From: Candidatus Saccharimonadota bacterium
GTDB taxonomy: Bacteria; Patescibacteriota; Saccharimonadia; Saccharimonadales; UBA4665
Assembly: GCA_027346135.1 (NCBI GenBank)
Contig: DAIESS010000002.1
Span: 1-61,166 of the forward strand
Length of the DNA: 61,166 nucleotides
Direction: 5' to 3'
Shown: in pieces, positions 23,324 through 33,853 of the stretch
Layout of the letters: each line of letters opens with the position of its first letter
How positions within the stretch are numbered: the first letter of the stretch is position 1
The notes under the pieces: model-generated
Database searches by the model: none
What the model saw: the letters and a program-made list of their open reading frames with translations, nothing else
Told to the model about the DNA's origin: nothing
Position numbers and translations under genes: made by a program

Positions 23324-25522
23324 ATGAAAATTAACAAGAAATTCAGAGCTCTACTTACTGGCTTGTTCGTTGCGAGCGTCGCCTTTGTGGTGGCCAGCCA
23401 AAGTACGGTCTCGGCCTATACTCTTATTTCCGGAACAGGTTACTTTACTGGCACTAGTCAAAGTGCCGATGGTGATAGCTACGCTTATGACGTTATTGCA
23501 GCTCGCCAGTATGGCTACAACGCCATTCCGTCGAGTGTCTACTCTGGCGTAAGCAGCAGCCAGTTAAAAAGCAACTTTATAAACTGGCTGAATGGCTACG
23601 TTGCCCAAAACAGTACAGCCAACACCCACAACGAAGTTGGTGGCGCATTTATTGTTAATGCCATGTTGGGGCGTGCATCGGGCTCACGGACGCTTTATAT
23701 AAGTACGGCTATGTGGAACGACCTGGTGGCTAGAATTAGCCAATCCGGCATCACGGCGTCTTGGGTGACGGTCGACCCGAACTCATTGTCAGGGACGACT
23801 TCGTTTAACAACTATAACGTTGGTAAAAGTGGTGGGGATGTCTTTTTCCATTATTGGAATGCTGTCCCTCGACCCGTTATCGAATTTAGGAATTCGGCCG
23901 GTACGTTAGTGTTTGCCATTGAGATTCCTTGCGGTAACCCATTGGGTGGGTTCCCGGGCTTACCACAAGTGCCGCCAGCTACCCTGGATGGGTATAAAAT
24001 GAGTAATACCGGCAGCACGTCTGGCTTTGAATATTCGGGTCTACCCGTAAGTGTGAGTGGCGTAACTACCACAACGGGCAACCCTTTTTACTTCTCGGGC
24101 GGCTCGGCCATAACAATGTCGGGTAGCTTATCGACGACACAAACTGTTTCGGTTAATACTACAAACTTAACCAAGGGTTGGGCTGTGATTGGCCACTCCA
24201 TTTGTGATGGTACGGCCGATCCGACCGGTTGTACGAATGCAAACTTGTCCTATGGCGCTAAGTACTACGTATCGTCATCGGCTTCCAGCTTTAGTTATGT
24301 CTTCAAGAGCGGCCACCAATACCATATGCGCTGGTTCTTTAAGTCGCTAGTTGTGTTGTCATGCGCGAACTTCACAACCAACCCGACCGAGCTTGATCCG
24401 TTTACGGCTTTCACGGCCATAGCCAAAGTAAACCTCGGTACAACTGCCGCCGTACCAGCCAACCAGAACATAGCTTTAATTCTTAAAAACAGTGCTGGCG
24501 TAACCAAGTATGGTCCGGTAAACGTAGTCCCAACCACGTCGAGCGGTACATCTACTTCGACCTATTCACCGGTTGGACCGTTACCAGGGGAGACATATAG
24601 TGTTACATGGGTCTATACAGCCACGGGCTACAGCATAACCTGTAATAGCAGCCTGGTCGTAGCATATATGCCGTTCTTAGCGGTTTATGGCGGAGATATG
24701 ATAGCCGGCAATTCACCTCAAGTTGACGCTGCCGGCAACGCAGCGGGTTGCTACAGCAACAACTCAGCCGGAATTTATTCGTGGAATACGGGCTCACCGG
24801 CTTATATGGGCGCAGGGGCTTCCTATGCTGTCATGGCACTAGGCCAAATTCAAGATTTTGCTAGCGCACTGGGAAACTCGGCGCCAGACAGATTGGCGTT
24901 CGCTAATACGACGGCTAAGCATAATGTGGCAAGCGGACTTTTTGGCGGCGATGCCGGCAGTGTGCCTGCCAGCTGTGACTTTACGACCAACCAAGCTGTT
25001 ACCGATACGGGCAACACGATCATAAATGGCCACGTTGTAGGTGTTAGTTCCACTAAGACTGAAGATCGTTATGTTAAGGGCGGTGATGTTAGCATTACCG
25101 GTGATATTGTCTACAACGGCATTGGCGGCTGGGCTAAACTAGCCGATATCCCGAGCTTTAAGCTTGTCGTTGTGGGCGGAGACATCTACATCAATGCTAG
25201 CGTTCACGAGCTGGACGGCATATATGTTGCCATACCGGATTCAACCGGCAAGGGCGGTCATATTTACACCTGTGCCAGTGGTTTTACGCCGATGCTAACC
25301 TCGAGTGCTACCTATTACTCGGATTGCAACAGACCACTTGTAATTAATGGTAGTTTTACGGCTAAACAGGTTCAGTTCTTACGTACATTCGGTTCGTTGC
25401 GTCAGCCGGGTAATATATCGGCCGAGACCTTCAACTATGGGCCTGAAGTTTGGTTGCCGCGAAATACGACCTCCACTAGACAAAGCTATAATTCAATAAC
25501 GGGCTTGCCGCCAGTACTATAA
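23324..25522 (+). CDS. large secreted protein of unknown function (732 aa)
   Basis: Signal peptide MKINKKFRALLTGLFVASVAFVVASQSTVSA. Ser/Thr/Gly/Asn-rich. Start coupled to the upstream stop. Confidence 0.6.
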   Translation: MKINKKFRALLTGLFVASVAFVVASQSTVSAYTLISGTGYFTGTSQSADGDSYAYDVIAARQYGYNAIPSSVYSGVSSSQLKSNFINWLNGYVAQNSTANTHNEVGGAFIVNAMLGRASGSRTLYISTAMWNDLVARISQSGITASWVTVDPNSLSGTTSFNNYNVGKSGGDVFFHYWNAVPRPVIEFRNSAGTLVFAIEIPCGNPLGGFPGLPQVPPATLDGYKMSNTGSTSGFEYSGLPVSVSGVTTTTGNPFYFSGGSAITMSGSLSTTQTVSVNTTNLTKGWAVIGHSICDGTADPTGCTNANLSYGAKYYVSSSASSFSYVFKSGHQYHMRWFFKSLVVLSCANFTTNPTELDPFTAFTAIAKVNLGTTAAVPANQNIALILKNSAGVTKYGPVNVVPTTSSGTSTSTYSPVGPLPGETYSVTWVYTATGYSITCNSSLVVAYMPFLAVYGGDMIAGNSPQVDAAGNAAGCYSNNSAGIYSWNTGSPAYMGAGASYAVMALGQIQDFASALGNSAPDRLAFANTTAKHNVASGLFGGDAGSVPASCDFTTNQAVTDTGNTIINGHVVGVSSTKTEDRYVKGGDVSITGDIVYNGIGGWAKLADIPSFKLVVVGGDIYINASVHELDGIYVAIPDSTGKGGHIYTCASGFTPMLTSSATYYSDCNRPLVINGSFTAKQVQFLRTFGSLRQPGNISAETFNYGPEVWLPRNTTSTRQSYNSITGLPPVL

Positions 25523-25568
25523 TTATGGTTGTCTTTACTAATGATGCTTATGGTATAATTTCAGCAAT

Positions 25569-26609
25569 ATGAGTATATTGAGTGGGGTATCGGCCTTCTT
25601 TGGACTAGACATCGGTAGCACGGCTATACGATTAGTTGAATTGCACGGTAATGGCGGCCAGAAATCGTTGGTCAAATATGCCTACATGCCCATCGAAAGC
25701 AAAATTGCTCTGAGCGACTCCAGGAACGACCAGCAGCGCTTGGCCCAAGCTATCGCTCAGCTGATTGACCAAGCCCGCTTGAGTACCAAGAACGTTGCCG
25801 TTGGCATACCGTCATCTCGCGTCTTTACGACTGTCGCCGATATCGATCGCTTACCCAATAACGAGCTGGCTAAGGCTATTCGCTATCAGGCGGATGCATT
25901 AATTCCGACACCGCTTAACGAGTCTAAGCTCGATTGGGCGTTACTTGGCGATTCGCCGAAAGAGCAGACTAAACTCGAGATTCTTTTGTCGAGCGTGCCG
26001 AATGCTTTTATTGAACAACGTCTGGATATGCTCGAATCGATTGGTTTGAACGTGATTGCCTTTGAGCCCGATAACTTGGCCTTGAGCCGGGCATTGGTGC
26101 CACATGATGCCACGACACCGCAGATGGTTCTCGATATTGGCCAGAAGAACACCGATCTTGTTATTCTTATGAACGGTACGCCACGTCTAACCCGGGCTAT
26201 ACCAACCGGCATGGAAGCTGTCATTCGATCGGCCATCCAAAACTTAAATGTCGACGAAAAACAGGCCGAGCAATTTGTATTTAAGTTTGGTCTTGGCAAA
26301 GACAAACTTGACGGCCAGGTCTATCAAGCAATTATCGGTACTATCGATATATTGATTGGTGAAATCGATAAATCGATTAAATTTTTCCAAACACGCTATA
26401 CCGACGCTAAGCTTGAGCGCATGATTGTAACCGGTGGCGCATCAGTCTTACCGGAATTTCCATTGCTGCTTGCTAACAAATTCGGTGTGAACGTTGAAAT
26501 TGGCAATGCCTGGCGGAATGTTGCAGTCTCGTCTGATCGTCAAAACGAACTTTTGGCCATATCTAACCAATTTGGGGTAGCCGTAGGCCTGGCGGAGCGA
26601 AGCGAATGA
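25569..26609 (+). CDS. pilM: type IV pilus assembly protein PilM
   Basis: Actin-like ATPase fold with FGLDIGSTAIRLVEL. Confidence 0.85.
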   Translation: MSILSGVSAFFGLDIGSTAIRLVELHGNGGQKSLVKYAYMPIESKIALSDSRNDQQRLAQAIAQLIDQARLSTKNVAVGIPSSRVFTTVADIDRLPNNELAKAIRYQADALIPTPLNESKLDWALLGDSPKEQTKLEILLSSVPNAFIEQRLDMLESIGLNVIAFEPDNLALSRALVPHDATTPQMVLDIGQKNTDLVILMNGTPRLTRAIPTGMEAVIRSAIQNLNVDEKQAEQFVFKFGLGKDKLDGQVYQAIIGTIDILIGEIDKSIKFFQTRYTDAKLERMIVTGGASVLPEFPLLLANKFGVNVEIGNAWRNVAVSSDRQNELLAISNQFGVAVGLAERSE

Positions 26610-27259
26610 TCCAATTTAACCTCTTACCAGACGTAAAATTACAGTACATTAAAGCACAGCGCACCAAGCATACTGTTGTTACCATTTCAGTGCTAGCGGG
26701 TGCAGCCGCTCTGGTGCTGTTTGTATTCTTAATCTTGTCAGTTGATGTCGTTCAGAAGAAACTCATGAGCGATAAATCTAAGCAGATCAATCAGCTTAGC
26801 AGCGAGATACGCAAGACGCCTAACTTATCAAAGATGTTGACGGTACAGGCGCAACTTAACCAGTTAACCGCCCTGCATGACTCTAAGCCGGTCATGTCAC
26901 GGCTGTTAGAGTACATGAATAAGTTAACGCCGACGTCGGTTTCGATATCTCAGCTCTCGCTCGACAACCAGGCCAAGACCATGGTTATAAGTGGCACGGC
27001 CGATACGCTCGATAGTGTTAACGCCTTCACTGACTCTCTAAAATATACCACTTACCAGGTCGACGGTTCGGACCAGCCGGCTAAGAATGCTTTTTCTAAC
27101 GTTGTCCTAACTAACATTAACCGCGATAGCACGCGCGCAACCTTTAGCCTTAGCTTGTCGTTCGATGACACCATCTTCAACAACGCCGGTAATGTTACGC
27201 TTACGGTCAACAAATCAGTCGCCGAGCAGGCCGCCGCAATAATCACCAAGGGGCAATAA
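26606..27259 (+). CDS. pilN: type IV pilus assembly protein PilN
   Basis: IQFNLLPD motif plus a single TM. 4-nt overlap with pilM. Confidence 0.75.
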   Translation: MIQFNLLPDVKLQYIKAQRTKHTVVTISVLAGAAALVLFVFLILSVDVVQKKLMSDKSKQINQLSSEIRKTPNLSKMLTVQAQLNQLTALHDSKPVMSRLLEYMNKLTPTSVSISQLSLDNQAKTMVISGTADTLDSVNAFTDSLKYTTYQVDGSDQPAKNAFSNVVLTNINRDSTRATFSLSLSFDDTIFNNAGNVTLTVNKSVAEQAAAIITKGQ

Positions 27260-27261
27260 TT

Positions 27262-27933
27262 ATGGCACAACCGAGTTCCGTCAAACGATCGCTGATAGAC
27301 AAGGCCAATACGACCATTGTCGCTGTCACGGCTGGCGCCTGTTTTGTAGTGGTTTTCTCCCTCGTAGCATCAGCAACACTGTTTAGCCAGTTCAACTACC
27401 AAAACCGGATTATCGGCGCTAAAAACAAGGCCATCAAGCAGCTCAAGGACGATAAAGCTGCGACCGACAATCTAAAGGTTTCGTACGATAGTTTCGTCAA
27501 TTCTTCGCAGAATATTCTTGGCGGCAATCCAACCGGCACTGGTCCGCAAGACGGTGACAACGCCAAGATTATCCTCGATGCATTGCCGAGTAAATACGAC
27601 TTTCCAGCCTTAACGACGAGTTTGGAAAAAATTCTTACCAGCCAGAGTGTAGAAATCCAAACCATCACTGGTACGGACGATGCACTTAATCAGTCGGACA
27701 ATCAAACTAGCTCAAATCCGACGCCACAGACGATGCCATTCAAAATTTCGGTCGACGGCAACTATGATAGCTTGCACAATGTTTTGCTGGCCCTTGAGCG
27801 GTCGATTCGGCCAATTCAAATTACCACTCTCGATATTAGCGGTGATCAAACCAAGTTAACCCTTAACATTGACGCCCAGACCTACTATCAACCGGCTAAA
27901 GATCTTAACATAACGATGCAGGTAGTGAAATGA
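27262..27933 (+). CDS. PilO-like pilus assembly protein
   Basis: N-terminal TM, coiled coil, and position after pilN. Confidence 0.5.
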   Translation: MAQPSSVKRSLIDKANTTIVAVTAGACFVVVFSLVASATLFSQFNYQNRIIGAKNKAIKQLKDDKAATDNLKVSYDSFVNSSQNILGGNPTGTGPQDGDNAKIILDALPSKYDFPALTTSLEKILTSQSVEIQTITGTDDALNQSDNQTSSNPTPQTMPFKISVDGNYDSLHNVLLALERSIRPIQITTLDISGDQTKLTLNIDAQTYYQPAKDLNITMQVVK

Positions 27934-28181
27934 AACAAAAAGACGTTGCTCTTATAATTGTGATTGCAGCCATCAGTGGTTTTGCGTCCTTCTTTTTGTC
28001 GCACTTTCTTTTTGCCACTCCCCAGAATCGTGAGCAGAAAGTCGAAGTTGTCGATAAAATTACGACCGAATTTCCTTTGCCCAGCCATAAATACTTTAAC
28101 GAGAACTCTATCGATCCGGCACAGTTGGTACAGGTGGTGGATAATAATAACCCCAACCCTTTTAAAGGTGCGGGGCAGTAG
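27930..28181 (+). CDS. small membrane protein in the pilus locus (83 aa)
   Basis: One TM. 4-nt overlap with the upstream gene. Confidence 0.4.
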   Translation: MKQKDVALIIVIAAISGFASFFLSHFLFATPQNREQKVEVVDKITTEFPLPSHKYFNENSIDPAQLVQVVDNNNPNPFKGAGQ

Positions 28182-28208
28182 CAGCCTTTTGCTGGGCGGT
28201 AGTTTGCT

Positions 28209-30023
28209 ATGAGCGTATTGTCTGCAGCCAGTCAGCAGCAGGTAGAGGACGAGCTGATCAGCGAAGGCTTCTTGACGGCTGATGGTTTAAAAAAAGTTAA
28301 AGATAAAGCGGCTGAAAAATCGGCTCCAGTTCTGGGTTTGCTGGTTAGCGAAGGCCTGGTAACGAATGAACAGCTAACCAAGGCAATCGCCAAGGTTACC
28401 AAGATGCCGTACGTTAATCTATCGGCGGCACGTATCGACCAAAAGATTCTAGCTTTGTTGCCGCAAGATATTGCCGAACGATATATGGCTGTGCCATTGG
28501 GTGAGATGCAACATCGTCTAGTTGTGGCCATGCTCGATGCCGACAATGTGCAGGCCGTCGACTTTTTGAGCAATAAAATTGGTCGGCCGCTCAAAGTATA
28601 CGCCGCCTCTGAAGAAGGGGTACGCAATGTCCTTAAACAATACCAGGCAAGCATCGCCGAGTCGGTGGCTGGTGACATCGAGAAGCTAACCGGTGACGTC
28701 AAAGTCGAAGAGGGCGCTCCGGCCGATCCTAAGGGTGGTACGGCGCAAGCTCCGGCCAAGAACATCAAGACCCTGGTGCAAGATTCGCCAATTTCGAAAG
28801 CACTCTCAACCATTCTGGAGTTCGCCGCCAAAAACCACGCCAGTGACGTTCACATCGAACCATTGCAGGACAGTTTAAAGATACGCTGTCGGATTGATGG
28901 TATCTTGCGCGAAGTCATGAAGTTGCCAAAAAGCACTGAACCGCCACTGGTTTCGCGCATCAAAATTTTATCCAACTTGAAGATCGATGAACACCGGACA
29001 CCTCAGGATGGTGAATTTACCATCCAGGTAGCTGGTAAAGACATTGACCTTCGTATCGCCATTTCGCCGGTTATATGGGGTGAGCAGGTGGTTATTCGTT
29101 TGCTCGACAAGTCTGGCACCAGTCTCCGTCTGGAAGACATGGGCTACCGTGGTCGAGCTTTGCGCACGATTCGTGATGGCCTAAAACAGAGTAATGGTAT
29201 GATTCTGACTAGTGGACCGACCGGTTCTGGTAAGTCGACCTCGCTATATGCGCTAATTCAAGAAATTAAAGACGATGCCATTAACATTGTGACGCTGGAA
29301 GACCCGGTTGAGTACAAAATGGAGGGCATTAACCAGATTCAGGTAAACGCCGACGTTGGTTTAACTTTTGCCAGTGGTTTGCGCTCGATTTTGCGCCAAG
29401 ACCCCGACGTTGTAATGGTGGGGGAGATTCGCGATAAAGAAACGGCCGAATTAGCCGTCCAGGCCGCTCTAACGGGTCACTTGGTGTTTAGTACGTTGCA
29501 CACTAACAGTGCGGCTGGCATTCTGCCTCGCTTGCTCGATATGGGTATTGAGCCGTTTCTGATAGCTAGCACCGTAAAAACTGTGATTGGCCAGCGTTTA
29601 GTCCGCCGTATCGGTGAAGAAAACAAAGAAACCTACCAGAGTAACGCTGTCGAAACTGAGTCAATCCACAAGACACTCGACAAGTTTTTGCCGGCTGACG
29701 CCGCTAAAATGAAGGCGGCTTGCGAAGACTTCGGCTATGATAGCTTGCCACTGGCGGGCCAAAGCGCTTATACTTTGAGCAAGGGCAAAGATAGCCCGGC
29801 TTCGCCAGGCGGCTATAGCGGCCGAATGGGGATTTACGAAGTGTTTGCCGTGACAGAAGAAGTCCAAAAGAAGATTCTAACACGGTCAACCAGCGCTGAA
29901 ATCCAGAAGATCGCCCAAGAACAGGGCATGGTCACTATGCGGGAAGATGGCTATCTGAAAGCCTTAAGTGGCTATACAACATTAACAGAAATTAACCGCG
30001 TCGCTGCGGCAGACATACAATAA
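28209..30023 (+). CDS. pilB: type IV pilus extension ATPase PilB (GspE family)
   Basis: GSPII_E N-domain and Walker A SGPTGSGKSTS, plus Asp and His boxes. Confidence 0.92.
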   Translation: MSVLSAASQQQVEDELISEGFLTADGLKKVKDKAAEKSAPVLGLLVSEGLVTNEQLTKAIAKVTKMPYVNLSAARIDQKILALLPQDIAERYMAVPLGEMQHRLVVAMLDADNVQAVDFLSNKIGRPLKVYAASEEGVRNVLKQYQASIAESVAGDIEKLTGDVKVEEGAPADPKGGTAQAPAKNIKTLVQDSPISKALSTILEFAAKNHASDVHIEPLQDSLKIRCRIDGILREVMKLPKSTEPPLVSRIKILSNLKIDEHRTPQDGEFTIQVAGKDIDLRIAISPVIWGEQVVIRLLDKSGTSLRLEDMGYRGRALRTIRDGLKQSNGMILTSGPTGSGKSTSLYALIQEIKDDAINIVTLEDPVEYKMEGINQIQVNADVGLTFASGLRSILRQDPDVVMVGEIRDKETAELAVQAALTGHLVFSTLHTNSAAGILPRLLDMGIEPFLIASTVKTVIGQRLVRRIGEENKETYQSNAVETESIHKTLDKFLPADAAKMKAACEDFGYDSLPLAGQSAYTLSKGKDSPASPGGYSGRMGIYEVFAVTEEVQKKILTRSTSAEIQKIAQEQGMVTMREDGYLKALSGYTTLTEINRVAAADIQ

Positions 30024-30038
30024 CGGAAGGGTGGAACC

Positions 30039-31106
30039 ATGCAGGGGCAACCGCGAATAGAAGTATTACTGGAAGAAGTCGTAAAAAAGAAGGCTTCTGA
30101 CCTCCATTTACAGGTCGGTTTGCCGCCCATGCTACGTATTGATGGTTCACTCGTGCCCGTTAGTGGCGCCGATGCTTTAAGCGATGAGGCGGTTGAGGCG
30201 CTTATCTTTGCGGTGCTCGACGAAGACCAAAAACAAATCTTACTCAAGGACAAGGAATTTGACTTCAGTTTTGCCTTTGGTGATCTTGGGCGTTTTCGTG
30301 TTAACGCTTTCCACGAACGTGGTAACTTAGCCGCCGCCTTACGTTTAATTACCAACGAGATTCTGACGACCGAACAACTTGGCTTGCCGCCGATTGTTAC
30401 TAAGTTTGCAGACTACCCGCGTGGTTTGGTCCTCGTAACTGGACCGACTGGTTCTGGTAAGTCCACCTCGCTAGCGGCTTTGATCCACAAGATCAACATG
30501 GAGCAGGCCAAACACATTATTACCATCGAAGACCCGATTGAGTACACTCACATGTCGCGTAAGTCGGTGATTGTTCAGCGCGAAGTTCACTACGACACTT
30601 ATAGCTTCTCGGCTGCTTTACGCAGTGCCTTGCGTGAAGACCCGGACGTTGTGCTGATCGGTGAAATGCGTGACCTTGAGACCATCGCTTCGGCCATTAC
30701 CATTGCCGAAACTGGTCACTTGGTCTTTGCTACCTTGCACACCAACAGCGCCGCTCAATCGATCGACCGTATGATCGATGTCTTTCCGCCTCACCAGCAG
30801 CCCCAAATTCGGGCTCAGTTATCGAACATCTTGGTGGCTATATGCTCACAGCGTCTAATCCCAGCTATTGGTGGCGGCCGTGTCGCAGCCGCTGAGATTT
30901 TAATCGGTACTCCAGCTGTTCGTAACATTATTCGCGAAGGTAAGAGCCACCAGCTTGACGCCGTTATTCAGACGGGTGCCGAATTTGGTATGCAATCGAT
31001 GGACAAAACCTTGGCTAACTTTATTCACGAAGGTACCATCAGCTACGATGAAGCCCGTAATTATGCCGTCGATGTCGATGAGCTAGATAGGTTAATGAGG
31101 AGCTAA
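30039..31106 (+). CDS. pilT: twitching-motility retraction ATPase PilT
   Basis: 355 aa with GPTGSGKSTSLAAL and ATLHTNSAAQSIDRMIDVF. Confidence 0.92.
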   Translation: MQGQPRIEVLLEEVVKKKASDLHLQVGLPPMLRIDGSLVPVSGADALSDEAVEALIFAVLDEDQKQILLKDKEFDFSFAFGDLGRFRVNAFHERGNLAAALRLITNEILTTEQLGLPPIVTKFADYPRGLVLVTGPTGSGKSTSLAALIHKINMEQAKHIITIEDPIEYTHMSRKSVIVQREVHYDTYSFSAALRSALREDPDVVLIGEMRDLETIASAITIAETGHLVFATLHTNSAAQSIDRMIDVFPPHQQPQIRAQLSNILVAICSQRLIPAIGGGRVAAAEILIGTPAVRNIIREGKSHQLDAVIQTGAEFGMQSMDKTLANFIHEGTISYDEARNYAVDVDELDRLMRS

Positions 31107-31111
31107 GACTC

Positions 31112-32335
31112 ATGCTAACGTACGATTACGTTGCGCGCGACCCGGCCAGCGGCCGGCAAGTGAAGGCTGGCGTCCAGGCGGACAGCGAGTCTTCGGCGGC
31201 GAAACTGATTCGTGCTGAGGGGTTGGTGCCAATCGATATTCAGGTTAGTAAAGTTGCGACGGGCGGCTTGCTGGGTCGCTTTAAGCGTGTTAAGACGAAA
31301 GACAAAGTGCTATTTTCACGCCAGCTGGCCACGTTGCTAAACGCCGGCTTGCCACTGTTGCAGAGCTTGCGCAGTGTTAATGGTCAAACCGAAAGCAAAC
31401 AGTTGAAAGTGATCATAGCCGATATCATCACCGATATCGAAGGTGGTTCGTCCTTGGCCAATTCTATGGGTAAACACCCTGATGTGTTCAACCAGATTTA
31501 TCTTAGTTTGGTGGCAGCCGGGGAGGCGTCCGGTACTCTTGATCAAGCGCTTGAACGCTTGGCTAATCAGCAAGAAAAGGATGCCGACATTGTCTCCAAG
31601 ATTCGCGGTGCCATGATTTATCCGTTGATCGTCCTGGTTGTGATGGGCGGCGTGGCCGGTTTTATGATCATTAAGGTGTTACCGCAGGTAAAAACACTGT
31701 ATAGCAGCGTAGCGAAGGGCCATAGCTTGCCGTTCGTTACTCAGGTGTTATTAGCCATTTCAGATTTCACCATCCACTTTTGGTGGGTTGTGCTTATTAT
31801 TGTTGCCGTATTGGTGGTATTCACATCGAAATGGGCTCGGTCGGTTGGTGGTAAAACGCTCATCGACAAGGTAAAGATGCAGGCCTGGCCGTTCGGACCT
31901 CTTTTTATGAAGGTCTACATGGCTCGATTTTCGCGTACGGGCTCAACGCTGGTCGCCAGTGGCGTACCACTGATTCAGGTGCTCGAAATTACTTCCAGTG
32001 CTATCGACAATGTCCATATTGCCGATTCACTCCGCGGCGCCATCGAGAAGGTCAAGGGCGGTAAATCGCTTGGCGACTCACTCCAGGGCGACCCAAACTT
32101 CCTTGAGCTAGTACCTAACATGCTTAAAATTGGTGAGCAATCCGGTTCGATGGAACAAATGCTGGGCAAAACCGCCGATTACTATGAAAAAGAAGTCGAC
32201 CAAGAAATTAAAAATATCCAGACCCTAATTGAGCCACTCATGATGGTTCTAATGGGTATTATGGCTCTAATTATCGTTGCAGCTGTTCTTCTACCGATAT
32301 ATAACCTGGCCGGAAACGTCGGCGGTGTCGTGTAA
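31112..32335 (+). CDS. pilC: type IV pilus platform protein PilC
   Basis: Two GspF repeats and three TM segments. Confidence 0.9.
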   Translation: MLTYDYVARDPASGRQVKAGVQADSESSAAKLIRAEGLVPIDIQVSKVATGGLLGRFKRVKTKDKVLFSRQLATLLNAGLPLLQSLRSVNGQTESKQLKVIIADIITDIEGGSSLANSMGKHPDVFNQIYLSLVAAGEASGTLDQALERLANQQEKDADIVSKIRGAMIYPLIVLVVMGGVAGFMIIKVLPQVKTLYSSVAKGHSLPFVTQVLLAISDFTIHFWWVVLIIVAVLVVFTSKWARSVGGKTLIDKVKMQAWPFGPLFMKVYMARFSRTGSTLVASGVPLIQVLEITSSAIDNVHIADSLRGAIEKVKGGKSLGDSLQGDPNFLELVPNMLKIGEQSGSMEQMLGKTADYYEKEVDQEIKNIQTLIEPLMMVLMGIMALIIVAAVLLPIYNLAGNVGGVV

Positions 32336-32431
32336 AGAAGAGGGGCTGTTTAAAATATCACTTGCAAATTGCGCTGCATCTCTATAGTATGCAAGCATAA
32401 GCATTAATAGCACGTAAGGGGGCACTTGCAC

Positions 32432-32896
32432 ATGCTACAAAACATCAAGAAACGTAACGAAGGCTTTACTATCATCGAAGTGATGATCGTCTTGGCAATT
32501 GCCGGACTTATTATGCTGATCGTGTTCCTGGCTGTTCCAGCCTTACAGCGTAACTCACGCAACACTCAATACAAGAACGACGCTGCTTCATTGCTGTCGG
32601 CTGCGACTGAGTGGAGCAACAACAATAACGGTAAGGTTCCTGCCTCGGCTAATGCAGCAGCTATCCAGTCGCTAGCTAAGACCCAGAACATTACAACTCT
32701 CGTTATTAGCGCTGGTACTTCATCAATTACAACTAGCAACTTCAACACTGCCTACATCGTAACGGGCGTAAAGTGCAACACCAACAGTGGTGCTACGGCT
32801 AGCCTAACTACTGGTGTGGCTACTCGTGCTATGGCTATGGTATACGCTGTGGAAGATTCTTCCGGCGGTAAAGTCGCTCAGTGTACTGAGAGCTAA
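32432..32896 (+). CDS. type IV major pilin
   Basis: Prepilin leader MLQNIKKRNEG / FTIIEVMIVLAIAGL. ATG 32432 is better spaced from the GGGGG RBS than TTG 32426. Confidence 0.85.
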   Translation: MLQNIKKRNEGFTIIEVMIVLAIAGLIMLIVFLAVPALQRNSRNTQYKNDAASLLSAATEWSNNNNGKVPASANAAAIQSLAKTQNITTLVISAGTSSITTSNFNTAYIVTGVKCNTNSGATASLTTGVATRAMAMVYAVEDSSGGKVAQCTES

Positions 32897-32920
32897 ACTT
32901 AGCGAGCAACAAGAATTATA

Positions 32921-32948
32921 AAACAGGCCCCCAAGGGGCCTGTTTTTT
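32921..32948 (+). terminator. rho-independent terminator after the pilin gene
   Basis: ACAGGCCCC-aa-GGGGCCTGT followed by TTTTT. Confidence 0.75.
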
Positions 32949-32965
32949 GTGATAACATAAGCGTA

Positions 32966-33817
32966 ATGGTTATCGCTCTCTTAATTGTGTTTGGCTTAAG
33001 CCTGGGAAGCTTTGTAAATGCGCTGGTTTGGCGTTTGCACGAGCAAGCCGAGCTGTCGCGGCGTAAGAAAAGGACGAAACAACAAGCTGAATATCTGCAT
33101 GACCTCTCTATTAGTCGAGGCCGTAGCATGTGCCCGCATTGTCATCATGAACTAGCTGCAAAAGATTTGGTGCCGGTTTTGAGCTGGCTGTCCCTAAGGG
33201 GCAAGTGCCGCTATTGCCAAAAGCCGATTAGTTGGCAGTATCCGCTTGTCGAGCTGCTGATGGCAGTGATATTTGTTTTTACTTATCTTTACTGGCCATT
33301 AACCCTGAGTGGCCAAAATTGGGTACAATTTGCAGCTTTTCTAGTACTTCTAGTAGGTTTTATGGCTCTGAGTGTATATGATATCCTTTGGTTTCTATTG
33401 CCCGACAGACTGATTGCGCCTTTAACTTTCATTGCCGTGGTGACGGTTCTATTTGTTAGTTTCACGAGCCACGATGGCTTGGCGACTTTTGCCAATGCAG
33501 CCGGCGGAGCGACTGTCATAGCGATTCTATTCTATGCTTTATTTTGGTTTTCAAAAGGCCAGTGGATAGGCGGAGGAGACGTCAAGCTAGCGCCAATGTT
33601 AGGTCTGCTGGCAGGCAATCCAATCAAAGCCTTGTTGGTCGTTTTTTTCGCCTCTTTAATTGGACTTCTGGTGGCCGTACCACTGATGATAAGAGGAAAG
33701 GCTAATCGGTCTAGTCATATTCCTTTTGGCCCTTGTTTGATGGCGGCCGCTCTATTGGTGGTATTATTCGGCGGTAATATAGTGCATGCCTACGAAGCAG
33801 TATTTACGCTGAACTGA
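32966..33817 (+). CDS. pilD: prepilin peptidase PilD (A24 family)
   Basis: CPHCHH..CRYCQ zinc motif, multiple TM segments, and GGGDVKL. Confidence 0.9.
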   Translation: MVIALLIVFGLSLGSFVNALVWRLHEQAELSRRKKRTKQQAEYLHDLSISRGRSMCPHCHHELAAKDLVPVLSWLSLRGKCRYCQKPISWQYPLVELLMAVIFVFTYLYWPLTLSGQNWVQFAAFLVLLVGFMALSVYDILWFLLPDRLIAPLTFIAVVTVLFVSFTSHDGLATFANAAGGATVIAILFYALFWFSKGQWIGGGDVKLAPMLGLLAGNPIKALLVVFFASLIGLLVAVPLMIRGKANRSSHIPFGPCLMAAALLVVLFGGNIVHAYEAVFTLN

Positions 33818-33853
33818 TATCATGCCGAATACGCTTATGTTATACTTGACCTC

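Noticed and set aside
28232-28831. 199-aa antisense ORF within pilB. Similar long antisense ORFs occur in pnp, ftsK, comM and the VirD4-like gene.
   Set aside because: These are shadow ORFs opposite strongly supported genes.
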